A stretch of DNA of 64,000 bases from Nemertoderma westbladi (lineage: Eukaryota > Animalia > Xenacoelomorpha), in NCBI GenBank assembly GCA_032718475.1, contig JAUCBJ010007442.1:1-64000 (forward strand), read 5' to 3'. Under the pieces are notes generated by a model. It was not told the DNA's origin, did no database searches, and saw only the letters and a program-made list of their open reading frames with translations. Shown here piece by piece: positions 16,201 to 27,388 of this stretch. The position numbers were made by a program, and so were the translations under genes. Every line of letters starts with the position of its first letter. The stretch's first letter is position 1.

Positions 16201-16357
16201 AAACAGTATATATGCCAATTTCACAACATTTATTCATACCGCCAACATCTTCCTGGTCCTCACAGTGTTCCACTGTTGTCACAGATCTCGCTGAATATAT
16301 ACAAATACAAAGAAACCAAATAGTAACAACCATATTCATTTTAAAATAAGAGTTCAT
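13226..16357 (-). CDS. Adhesion GPCR (family B2): signal peptide, LRRs, Cys/Trp hormone-receptor-like repeats, GAIN/GPS, 7TM; 1043 aa in one exon
   Basis: Hydrophobic N-terminus; LxxLxLxxN repeats (LVDLNLGNN, IETLDLSYN, LKTLKLQGN); W..T.....A.LPC...R.C...W modules; GPS CAFWN...WSTEGC...CECTHL/TNFALL; seven hydrophobic helices with HYFLLVTWCWM, GWG-like AWGIP and NSTQGFFLF. Confidence 0.95.
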   Translation of the reverse strand: MNSYFKMNMVVTIWFLCICIYSARSVTTVEHCEDQEDVGGMNKCCEIGIYTVCKFLQLGLKSTIMISPSVTNLTISLGNAFADKKSPLFENDFETFTQLLELNLSHCYWKEVLPNAFDALTNLVDLNLGNNEITMVEDSTNQFNSLKHLQLQQNKFKSLKKVNLQKFPNIETLDLSYNRLRNISIPVKLRKLKTLKLQGNSLNGADINTVIKSTVKLPSLDLLIVSINNNANYIDVCDLNLTSRYDQNSDCEWILKEQIISNIETYLYISKICSNQDASREVCNGNFMWNTASSEAYISQLCTSKHYMCAIRTCIDGRWLGLKTCSCPFEIDQYNYKWQETEVNTTAELPCNANGGNSGGKVYRNCGIHNMTWGWDSPNITNCYCSPEQSGGYLWSKTTSGDVSSTKCAFNDSITVTRRCSESTKWEDVIDIGCGIDTDIIINSGNAVKIANVTISEAASTNNKTVIEKAAKMVKKLTIQASSDPKVIEGIINISSILVDKAKSINISLIQEVVKSLEDLSILDIPNRTNQTVFTDNIILARYKLTSHELKKNGFVLDEIKNNKYTKDTRKVKVSIPHGAFPETMTTGAIIGLIMYDSAAFFGTNNNNSDNVTSAILSIKVNLEIELSISKSNPITFTLQHQHDSTKSDLLMKCAFWNSSIDMWSTEGCSVKETHYNYTECECTHLTNFALLLDVHNYLSQSYISPEHDKAQQILSIIGTTLSIIGLTLFICIFRKHKKLLQKTNNKIHLNLCISLLLFLIMFLLSGILAHVNAYLCSTLGVLSHYFLLVTWCWMFVDALKLYNICVVQSLEQPSSNSIWKSTAVAWGIPALICIIAVSVDVGNYKLVGIGKGSICWVVGSTYYWSLVAPIGLAIIANTVVFAFVMRVLFCYDRSEITRSKDKVTILVKFKSTVSLMVILGITWILGFLQIGPGHLIASYIFIILNSTQGFFLFTFHCLLSKDKEIQKTWRSLFKLESEHLFTTLSRRRSSATQTVLFSSQKRGSSYTNATATNKNSSVVSKDNGEETKELLDYKLLVGEKEV

Positions 16358-16522
16358 AATTTATACCACTAATAAAATATGTTATTAAAGCTTACGAAAT
16401 ATGTTGTAAGGGCAGATTCACAAAGAGGAGAATAAGAGTTACCTACAGTGTATGCATGTAGATGTTGTAGCACTATAAGTTAGTTATGTAATAGTTACCT
16501 ACAGTGTATGTACGTACATGTA

Positions 16523-16574
16523 CGATAAGCCGGCACAGCATTCATAAAAATGCAGCATGCCGATCCTAGTAGTA
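16523..16574 (+). mobile_element. 52-bp extreme 5'-truncated RTE 3' end
   Basis: AATGCAGCATGCCGATCCTAGTAGTA matches the 3' end of the adjacent minus-strand RTE. 13-bp TSD GTACGTACATGTA at 16510-16522 and 16575-16587. Confidence 0.8.
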
Positions 16575-16645
16575 GTACGTACATGTAATAGTTATCTACA
16601 GTGTATGTACATACATGCAGTATCACTATTAGTTAGTTATGTAAT

Positions 16646-19340
16646 ACTACTACTAGGACCGGCATGCTGCATTGCAGCTGCATTTTTAGGAATGCTTGTC
16701 AACAAAATTGCACCGCCACAACTCCCTATCACCCATGACATTTGCTAGATCATTCGCATCTTTAAGGCCAGTGTCCTTTAAGATGCGTCTCAAGAAAGTC
16801 ATGGGCTGTCCACCATGCTTATTCACTCCATGAGGCTGCCAAAGTACAAGATTATGCACTGGCTGGTCCTAACGGCGAAAACAATGTCCTGCAAAGCGGA
16901 GGCGATTTTGTTCTTGTGTCAAGCTTGGGGGAACCAATGAGACACCTCCAATGTTATATAGTGTCTGGTTGGAGATGTGTGCATTGTACTTGACACAATG
17001 AACCCGGCGTAGCATTCTTGAAAAATTCTCGGTACATGTCTACTATGATGGGATAGATGAGCTTTAAACACTCAGGTATTTTAAAGACCTCAGGGGGAAC
17101 ACCATCTACTCCACTGGCACGATTGGTCTTAATGCTCTTTGCAGCAGCCTTCACTTCTGCAAAGGAGATATCGCCAATGGGAATATCTGGGAGTACAGAC
17201 TCAGACACTTTTACTTCTATAAAGTTATCTGGCAATACCCTGTCATTATTGAGGAGCTTTTCAAAGTGGGCTTTCCAACCATTGAGGCGATCGGCTGGTG
17301 ATTCAGCCTTAACCTTGGTGGTTGGTTGGCTTTTCCGCCCAGTAAGCAGATTGATCGATTTCCATGCCTGGGATGATTGCCTGCTGTCGTCAGCATCATT
17401 GATGGCATCAACCTGTTGGTTTATGAGCTCCTGTAGATTAACAGAGTACTGTCTGTTCAGGGACCTAGATGCAGCCTTAACTGCATTCTTGGCCGCTAAA
17501 GTCTGTTTGAGTCGGGACTCTTTCTGCGCCTTATGAAGGTCGTTTCGGCACTTTTGAATTTTGTTGTCAGTCCAGGGGGCCCTTTTCCTGTTTCGAGGGT
17601 ATACAGGAACTGTTTCTGCAGCTGCTAACTTAACTGCTTCTGTAAAGGCAGTATAGCCCTCACAGTGATCTGCCGCCTCAGAGGCAAGAGCCTCATACCT
17701 ATTACTCAGCTGTAGTGTGAAGCTGGATCTCACACTTGGCTGTTGCAACAGAGAAGACCAGTCATGCCGCGGCAAGGCAGATTTCGTTGTTCTGCTAGCA
17801 CGCAGACTGAGTCTTACCTTGGCCAGAATAAGGCGGTGGTCACTGGAGAAGGGTCGAATTGTAAATGCATTACAGTCGTGTATAGAGCTCCTGTATTTCC
17901 TACGAAACAAAATATGGTCTATCTGGGACTTGTGACCACTGGGTCCACTATGAGTCCATAGCTTTCCAGTTCGCTTCTTGAACTGGGTTCCAGCCGAAAA
18001 CAATCCATTTCCAGAGATAAAATCCTGAAGATGGACAGAATTTCGGTTAACACTATTGCTATAGACCCAGGGCGATGTAGGTGATTGATGCAGACTTGCA
18101 TTAAAGTCCCCCAGGAATGTTAAGAATGCATGCTGATCCACTCCACCAGTAGCTGCTTGTAGATTGTGGTAGAAATTTTCCACCTCCTCTACAGGGGCAA
18201 CACTAGTTGGAGAGTAGCACACAATCAGAACCACCTTAGGAAACTTCTTAGCCAGTCTTCCAGAACATGAGAAGTGGCAACGGATGATGCAGTTAGAGAT
18301 TTGGTCTATTTTGTCCAATGCTGCATGTGCAGTTGGATTCATCAATAGACCAATTCCACCATTGCCACTATTATATGCTGAAGCGAGGGCGAGTCGCCAA
18401 CCGCCCCCCATGTCCTTAATCACAACCTCATCAGTCTGTCCAGTCTGCATTCGGTGCTCTTGAACACCCACTGCGCTAAGAGAAAGCTTATCTGCCAAGG
18501 CAGTCAGCTCACCTTGTCGCATTGGGGACCCGAGTGTTAAGGGGTTTACTGAGGCTAGTCTAGTGACTTGCCTCAGATTCACCAATGGCTTTGTTGGTCG
18601 GGGTGGAACATGAGAGTAGCCTCCAACTCCAGAATCCCTCTCCCCATCACAATCTGGCCTCCCTGGTGACCCAGGGTTTGGGCCAGAAAGGTCATCAGGA
18701 AAGGGACTCAAAGAATTGTTGGCTGCTCTCTCTCCAGTAGGGGGTGAGACAGGCAGCCGGTCAGGAGTTAACTGACGCCTGTGCGGCCGATTGTGTCCGG
18801 TAATTCCACTGGCCTCTAGTGGCCGGACCTCCGCATTGCTAATGTAATCCATAGTGGGGGTTGGGGGGTGCTTTTTTGCCGAGTCAGCTCTCGGGGCAAA
18901 TACCACACCCTGGTTTGCCATTCCACAGGGTGGGTGTCGCAATGGAGTCAGATATGAGGCCCATCACCCATATCTACTCTGGCGCACATGACCCACCATT
19001 GGCTGTTGCAGCTCATCTGCTGTGTCATGCCCTGTACCCTTGCTGCCAGGTGCAGGTCGCAGTGAAGTGCTCTCAGAGTGGACATGAGAACACTCTACTC
19101 CTGACCAGCCATTGGTAGATCACCATCTGCCTGGTCAGGCCATTTACCCCTGCAGCCAAGTATATGGGTCCTTAATCCAGGACCAAGGGCGTCCTTATCC
19201 CAGAACGAAGGGGGTCCTAGTTACAGGACCAGATTTGCCCTAGTAAGAGGGTCTATGCAGCTACAGGTGGCACCTCCTTTATGCTGCATGGAGGTGGCAA
19301 GTTTTCTTGATCAATGACCTAGAATACCTGACCTGACAAA
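16646..19340 (-). mobile_element. RTE-clade LINE with retained 5' region and APE endonuclease but internal deletion of the RT core
   Basis: (TAG)n tail at ~16646-16655. An out-of-frame RTE C-terminus (SRMLRRV...RLRFAGHCFR...LWQP) is joined near 17025 to the pre-RT region GVDGVPPEVFK. Satellite on both sides, so the TSD is ambiguous. Confidence 0.88.
16954..18942 (-). CDS. RTE ORF remnant: APE endonuclease plus linker, no RT catalytic core
   Basis: APE motifs SVNPLTL, GVQEHR, CYSPT, LGDFNA, IDHIL and SDHRL are present. No QG or YADD motif. The true start is probably an internal ATG. Confidence 0.8.
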   Translation of the reverse strand: MRHPPCGMANQGVVFAPRADSAKKHPPTPTMDYISNAEVRPLEASGITGHNRPHRRQLTPDRLPVSPPTGERAANNSLSPFPDDLSGPNPGSPGRPDCDGERDSGVGGYSHVPPRPTKPLVNLRQVTRLASVNPLTLGSPMRQGELTALADKLSLSAVGVQEHRMQTGQTDEVVIKDMGGGWRLALASAYNSGNGGIGLLMNPTAHAALDKIDQISNCIIRCHFSCSGRLAKKFPKVVLIVCYSPTSVAPVEEVENFYHNLQAATGGVDQHAFLTFLGDFNASLHQSPTSPWVYSNSVNRNSVHLQDFISGNGLFSAGTQFKKRTGKLWTHSGPSGHKSQIDHILFRRKYRSSIHDCNAFTIRPFSSDHRLILAKVRLSLRASRTTKSALPRHDWSSLLQQPSVRSSFTLQLSNRYEALASEAADHCEGYTAFTEAVKLAAAETVPVYPRNRKRAPWTDNKIQKCRNDLHKAQKESRLKQTLAAKNAVKAASRSLNRQYSVNLQELINQQVDAINDADDSRQSSQAWKSINLLTGRKSQPTTKVKAESPADRLNGWKAHFEKLLNNDRVLPDNFIEVKVSESVLPDIPIGDISFAEVKAAAKSIKTNRASGVDGVPPEVFKIPECLKLIYPIIVDMYREFFKNATPGSLCQVQCTHLQPDTI

Positions 19341-22300
19341 GTTATGTAGTTATGCAATAGTTACTTACAGTGTATGTACGTACATGTAATAGTTATCTAC
19401 AGTGTATGTACGTACATGTTGTACGTACATGTTGTAGCACTATTAGTTAGTTATGTAATAGTTATCTACAGTGTATGTACGTACATGTAATAGTTATCTA
19501 CAGTGTATGTACGTACATGCTGTAGCACTATAAGTTAGTTATGTAATAGTTACCTACAGTGTATGTACGTACATGTAATAGTTATCTACAGTGTATGTAC
19601 GTACATGTAATAGTTATCTACAGTGTATGTACGTACATGCTGTAGCACTATTAGTTAGTTATGTAATAGTTATCTACAGTGTATGTACGTACATGTTGTA
19701 CGTACATGTTGTAGCACTATTAGTTAGTTATGTAATAGTTATCTACAGTGTATGTACGTACATGTAATAGTTATCTACAGTGTATGTACGTACATGCTGT
19801 AGCACTATAAGTTAGTTATGTAATAGTTATCTACACTGTATGTACGTACATGTAATAGTTACCTACAGTGTATGTACGTATATGTAATAGTTATCTACAG
19901 TGTATGTACGTACATGTAATAGTTATCTACAGTGTATGTACGTACATGTAATAGTTACTTACAGTGTATGTACGTACATGTTGTAGCACTATAAGTTAGT
20001 TATGTAATAGTTACCTACAGTGTATGTACGTACATGTAATAGTTACCTACAGTGTATGTACGTACAAGCTGTAGCACTATAAGTTAGTTATGTAATAGTT
20101 ATCTACAGTGTATGTACGTACATGTAATAGTTACCTACAGTGTATGTACGTATATGTAATAGTTATCTACAGTGTATGTACGTACATGTAATAGTTACCT
20201 ACAGTGTATGCATGTACATGTTGTAGCAATATAAGTTAGTTATGTAATAGTTATCTACAGTGTATGTACGTACATGTAATAGTTACCTACAGTGTATGTA
20301 CGTACATGTAATAGTTACCTACAGTGTATGCATGTACATGTTGTAGCAATATAAGTTAGTTATGTAATAGTTATCTACAGTGTATGTACGTACATGTAAT
20401 AGTTACCTACAGTGTATGTACGTACATGTAATAGTTACCTACAGTGTAGTATGTACGTACATGCTGTAGCACTATAAGTTAGTTATGTAATAGTTACCTA
20501 CAGTGTATGTACGTACATGTAATAGTAACCTATAGTGTATATACGTACAAGCTGTAGCACTATAAGTTAGTTATGTAATAGTTATATACAGTGTATGTAC
20601 GTACATGTAATAGTTATCTACAGTGTATGTACGTACATGCAGTATCACTATTAGTTAGTTATGTAATAGTTATCTACAGTGTATGTACATACATGTAATA
20701 GTTACCTACAGTGTATGTACGTACATGTAATAGTAACCTATAGTGTATATACGTACAAGCTGTAGCACTATAAGTTAGTTATGTAATAGTTATCTACAGT
20801 GTATGTACGTACATATAATAGTTACCTACAGTGTATGTACGTACATGCAGTATCACTATTAGTTAGTTATGTAATAGTTACCTACAGTGTATGTACGTAC
20901 ATGTAATAGTTATCTACAGTGTATGTACGTACATGCAGTATCACTATTAGTTAGTTATGTAATAGTTATCTACAGTGTATGTACGTACATGTAATAGTTA
21001 CCTACAGTGTATGTACGTACATGCAGTATCACTATTAGTTAGTTATGTAATAGTTACCTACAGTGTATGTACGTACATGTAATAGTTATCTACAGTGTAT
21101 GTACGTACATGTAATAGTTATCTACAGTGTATGTACGTACATGCAGTATCACTATTAGTTAGTTATGTAATAGTTACCTACAGTGTATGTACGTACATGT
21201 AATAGTTATCTACAGTGTATGTACGTACATGTAATAGTTATCTACAGTGTATGTACGTACATGCAGTATCACTATTAGTTAGTTATGTAATAGTTATCTA
21301 CAGTGTATGTACGTACATGTAATAGTTACCTACAGTGTATGTACGTACATGCAGTATCACTATTAGTTAGTTATGTAATAGTTACCTACAGTGTATGTAC
21401 GTACATGTAATAGTTATCTACAGTGTATGTACGTACATGCAGTATCACTATTAGTTAGTTATGTAATAGTTGCCTACAGTGTATGTACGTACATGTAATA
21501 GTTATCTACAGTGTATGTACGTACATGCAGTATCACTATTAGTTAGTTATGTAATAGTTACCTACAGTGTATGTACGTACATGTAATAGTTATCTACAGT
21601 GTATGTACGTACATGCAGTATCACTATTAGTTAGTTATGTAATAGTTATCTACAGTGTATGTACGTACATGTAATAGTTACCTACAGTGTATTTACGTAC
21701 ATGTAATAGTTATCTACAGTGTATGTACGTACATGCAGTATCACTATTAGTTAGTTATGTAATAAACACCTACAGTGTATGTACGTACATGCAGTATCAC
21801 TATTAGTTAGTTATGTAATAAACACCTACAGTGTATGTACGTACATGTAATAGTTATCTACAGTGTATGTACGTACATGTAATAGTTATCTACAGTGTAG
21901 TATGTACGTACAAGCTGTAGCACTATAAGTTAGTAATTTAATAGTTACCTACAGTGTATGTACGTACATGTAATAGTTACCTACAGTGTATGTACGTACA
22001 TGTAATAGTTACCTACAGTGTATGTACGTACATGTAATAGTTATCTACAGTGGATGTACGTACAAGCTGTATCACTATTAGTTAGTTATGTAATAGTTAT
22101 CTACAGTGTATGTACGTACATGTAATAGTTATCTACTGTGTATGTACGCACATGCTGTAGCACTATAAGTTAGTTATGTAATAGTTACCTACAGTGTATG
22201 TACGTACAAGCTGTAGCACTATAAGTTAGTTATGTAATAGTTACCTACAGTGTATGTACGTACAAGCTGTAGCACTATAAGTTAGTTATGTAATAGTTAT

Positions 22301-24673
22301 ATACAGTGTATGTACGTACATGTAATAGTTATCTACAGTGTATGTACGTACATGCAGTATCACTATTAGTTAGTTATGTAATAGTTATCTACAGTGTATG
22401 TACATACATGTAATAGTTACCTACAGTGTATGTACGTACATGTAATAGTAACCTATAGTGTATATACGTACAAGCTGTAGCACTATAAGTTAGTTATGTA
22501 ATAGTTATCTACAGTGTATGTACGTACATATAATAGTTACCTACAGTGTATGTACGTACATGCAGTATCACTATTAGTTAGTTATGTAATAGTTACCTAC
22601 AGTGTATGTACGTACATGTAATAGTTATCTACAGTGTATGTACGTACATGCAGTATCACTATTAGTTAGTTATGTAATAGTTATCTACAGTGTATGTACG
22701 TACATGTAATAGTTACCTACAGTGTATGTACGTACATGCAGTATCACTATTAGTTAGTTATGTAATAGTTACCTACAGTGTATGTACGTACATGTAATAG
22801 TTATCTACAGTGTATGTACGTACATGTAATAGTTATCTACAGTGTATGTACGTACATGCAGTATCACTATTAGTTAGTTATGTAATAGTTACCTACAGTG
22901 TATGTACGTACATGTAATAGTTATCTACAGTGTATGTACGTACATGTAATAGTTATCTACAGTGTATGTACGTACATGCAGTATCACTATTAGTTAGTTA
23001 TGTAATAGTTATCTACAGTGTATGTACGTACATGTAATAGTTACCTACAGTGTATGTACGTACATGCAGTATCACTATTAGTTAGTTATGTAATAGTTAC
23101 CTACAGTGTATGTACGTACATGTAATAGTTATCTACAGTGTATGTACGTACATGCAGTATCACTATTAGTTAGTTATGTAATAGTTGCCTACAGTGTATG
23201 TACGTACATGTAATAGTTATCTACAGTGTATGTACGTACATGCAGTATCACTATTAGTTAGTTATGTAATAGTTACCTACAGTGTATGTACGTACATGTA
23301 ATAGTTATCTACAGTGTATGTACGTACATGCAGTATCACTATTAGTTAGTTATGTAATAGTTATCTACAGTGTATGTACGTACATGTAATAGTTACCTAC
23401 AGTGTATTTACGTACATGTAATAGTTATCTACAGTGTATGTACGTACATGCAGTATCACTATTAGTTAGTTATGTAATAAACACCTACAGTGTATGTACG
23501 TACATGCAGTATCACTATTAGTTAGTTATGTAATAAACACCTACAGTGTATGTACGTACATGTAATAGTTATCTACAGTGTATGTACGTACATGTAATAG
23601 TTATCTACAGTGTAGTATGTACGTACAAGCTGTAGCACTATAAGTTAGTAATTTAATAGTTACCTACAGTGTATGTACGTACATGTAATAGTTACCTACA
23701 GTGTATGTACGTACATGTAATAGTTACCTACAGTGTATGTACGTACATGTAATAGTTATCTACAGTGGATGTACGTACAAGCTGTATCACTATTAGTTAG
23801 TTATGTAATAGTTATCTACAGTGTATGTACGTACATGTAATAGTTATCTACTGTGTATGTACGCACATGCTGTAGCACTATAAGTTAGTTATGTAATAGT
23901 TACCTACAGTGTATGTACGTACAAGCTGTAGCACTATAAGTTAGTTATGTAATAGTTACCTACAGTGTATGTACGTACAAGCTGTAGCACTATAAGTTGG
24001 TTATGTAATAGTTACCTACAGTGTATGTACGTACATGTAATAGTTATCTACAGTGTAGTATGTACGTACATGTAATAGTTATCTACAGTGTATGTACGTA
24101 CATGTAATAGTTATCTACAGTGTAGTATGTACGTACATGTAATAGTTATCTACAGTGTATGTACGTACATGTAATAGTTATCTACAGTGTATGTACGTAC
24201 AAGCTGTAGCACTATAAGTTAGTTATGTAATAGTTACCTACAGTGTATGTACGTACATGTAATAGTTATCTACAGTGTATGTACGTACATGTAATAGTTA
24301 TCTACAGTGTAGTATGTACGTACAAGCTGTAGCACTATAAGTTAGTAATTTAATAGTTACCTACAGTGTATGTACGTACATGTAATAGTTACCTACAGTG
24401 TATGTACGTACATGTAATAGTTACCTACAGTGTATGTACGTACATGTAATAGTTATCTACAGTGGATGTACGTACAAGCTGTAGCAATATAAGTTAGTTA
24501 TGTAATAGTTACCTACAGTGTATGTACGTACAAGCTGTAGCACTATAAGTTAGTTATGTAATAGTTACCTACAGTGTATGTACGTACATGTAATAGTTAT
24601 CTACAGTGTAGTATGTACGTACATGTAATAGTTATCTACAGTGTATGTAGGTACATGTAATAGTTATCTACAG

Positions 24674-27388
24674 ATTAGATTATCGCGCAAACGCGCGCAG
24701 CACCAGTCTAGCTGGCATTTATTCAAACAGTAAAAACTTAAAAATCATCAAAACATTAAAACCGCATTGAAAGTGAAGGTTAAAATGTACAGTAATAAAA
24801 TGGTAGGTAAGTTACCGTTAAATGGGGTTACACAGCACGGCATTCTAAATGCACCCAAAACCAAAAAGCATCACGTCTTTTCCCTACCCTAATTGTGAAA
24901 TGACATTAAAACCACAAATATCAGGATATATAATAGACCTCGTGTACTAAAATCCTGCTAGGTTTAAAATTAAACAATTGAATCAAGCAAAATCAAACAT
25001 AACACGATCAAAATCGAGAAATCTGCACTGGGTACTGGGTAGACTCCTACTAGATTTACATTTAGAAACCCGAGAAATCTGCACTGGGTACTGGGTGGGT
25101 AGTCTCCTACCGCTAAAATGCACGACATACTGTATGGAACCCAAGATCGCGAAAATACAGAGGGTAAATCTCCTTAGATCTAGAAACTGCACAAGTACAG
25201 GGTGATCTACTTGGTTTACATAACAAAATAGGCTACTAAGTGCACGACATAATGCAACTTAAAATGGAAAATTAACAGGCTATCATATCTCATAATTCAA
25301 ATATTCTGAAATATTCTTTTATGTGCTTATGCTTTGAACGAAAAGATACACCTGGTATTGAAAAAGTGTTTGAAATAAAATTAGCTGACATTTGAGAAAC
25401 TGCTGAGACTTCTGGGGGAGATAGTCGTTCCTTAAGCGATTTATGGCAGTACTGATAGTTGCACAGCGATTTAATCGAGGGAAGACTATGCTCTTGTATG
25501 GCATATCTTAACGTGCCCCCTAAGCCTTGATACGTCCCTGGATTTCCCAACGCGTTATTTTGAACACCCAACCTAAAAATCACTTGTAGATTGTAATTGG
25601 GAGTAGATAGACCTCGCAGTAGGGTCCCAAGACACGATCTATAGGCTCCCACAGATAAACTATCTGTTCCAAACAGATGGTTTAGTGTTTCATTCGACAC
25701 ATACGGCCCCAAGTGAAGCAAACCTCTCAGCTTCTGGCGATAATATGCATCTAACTTGGCTTTCTCAAATTTCTTCAGAGCACCAATCGAGTATTTGTGT
25801 CGGTATAAGAACGAGGATAAAGCAATTGATCTCCATAAAAGTGCCACTTTTTCCACTGGATAGTGTTTGGTAGTCCAACCTTGCTTGTGGAATCGATCAG
25901 CCAATATTGCCAGAGCCTGGATTGTATTAGCCAACACATTTACATTATTTTGCCAAGACCTTTGGATATTAACACCAAGGAAAGTTATCGACTGTGACAT
26001 ATCATGGTGTCGACCATTTAAAAACAGAGTTGGAGGCGGTTTATTCTCCGCTGTATTCCAAGGAGATAGATATATCCAATTTATCTTCGAGTCTTCCAAC
26101 CGCAGCCCTAGTTTGGTTATGTGTGTTTCTATACGAGTTGCCAACTTCTCCATATCCCGTGGACAACTTGCCATCAGAAGGATGTCATCAGCATATCCAA
26201 GAGCACTAAACAACTCATTATATATTCGGCAACCAATCTTACTTTGACCATTGCATGAATAAATATTTGTAAACATCCCATTTGTGTAATAGTTAAACAG
26301 GGCTGGAGATAGAATGGACCCTTGTTTTATTCCATTAAGCATAGTGAAACCATTTTCCGATACAAGGCCATTTATGTTAATGAAAAGACGACTAAGCTGA
26401 TAATAAACAACCAGAATTCTACAGATGTACGGATTGATGACATCGGACATCCTCTGAAACAATTTAATCTGGTCGACTCCGTCATATGCCGCCGAGATAT
26501 CCAGCTGACAAACGTATACTCCAGATCCATGCCTGCGATAATGTTCTATACACTCAAGTACAGCACTGAGAATTACATCACTGCCAATTCCCGATTGATA
26601 AGCCAACTGCTGAGGACTGGGTTCCAGAAAAAGATACTCCCTAAGTAATACTCCTTCGAGTACCTTGCCAAATATGCTGATAGATGATATTGGACGATAT
26701 GACGATGGTGCACAAACATCCTTTTTCTTCCCTTTGTAGATACAGGTGACTACAGTCTCCCCAAAGAAATCAGGCAGGCATCCTAGAGATATGGACTCAT
26801 TTAATAACTTTGTTACGTGGTAGCACACAACTTCTTTCTCCGAATATAAAAGGTGCTCTACAGTCATCATCTGCTTGTCTGGGGACTTATTTCTGTTGAG
26901 AAGTAAGATTGTCCGTTCAACCAACTTTTCAGAAATGACTGGTGCCTCAGTTTGACTACAAGCTGAACTTAGCTTCTCAAGTAAACTATTTATATTTTTC
27001 GGTTGAGAACTGTCCTTTTGTAGCTGATTACATAAATAGTCGGTGAGAGGACCTCTCATGGATTCAGCCGTGGTATCTTTCCGTTTATTATTTACAAAAT
27101 TCCAAAATCCACTTGGGTTGTGTCTGTAACTGCCAATTAAATGATCAATGCGCTTGGATAAGTGTTGCTTGGTGAGCCAGTTTTTAAGGTGCCTCGTTGC
27201 ACGCTTGGAATCTTGAAACATCTGTCCAAAAGTGTCACCCGAATCCTTACCCCTTTCACACCAAATATTATATAACTTTTTAGATGTTTGGCATCTTTCC
27301 AGTAATTTTTTATTTCGCACCCTGATATTGTTCGACTTCTTTTTGTGCTGTTTCTTGGGTATATATTCATAGGCAGTATCATGTATAC
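24674..27388 (-). mobile_element. 5'-truncated non-LTR retrotransposon, copy 1 (RT only; clade uncertain, RTE-X/CR1-L2-like)
   Basis: RT ORF plus a ~615-bp 3' UTR ending AATAAA, GC stem-loop (CGCGC-GTTT-GCGCG) and (TAATC)n. Inserted in the satellite with TACAG at both junctions. Confidence 0.9.
25290..27388 (-). CDS. Non-LTR reverse transcriptase ORF, uninterrupted (about 700 codons), copy 1
   Basis: YRPIS, QLAYQSG, LDISAAYDGVD, GIKQGSILSPALFNYY, YADD and TFLGV. The first ~12 predicted residues (GTG start at 27425) come from the satellite or junction. Confidence 0.88.
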
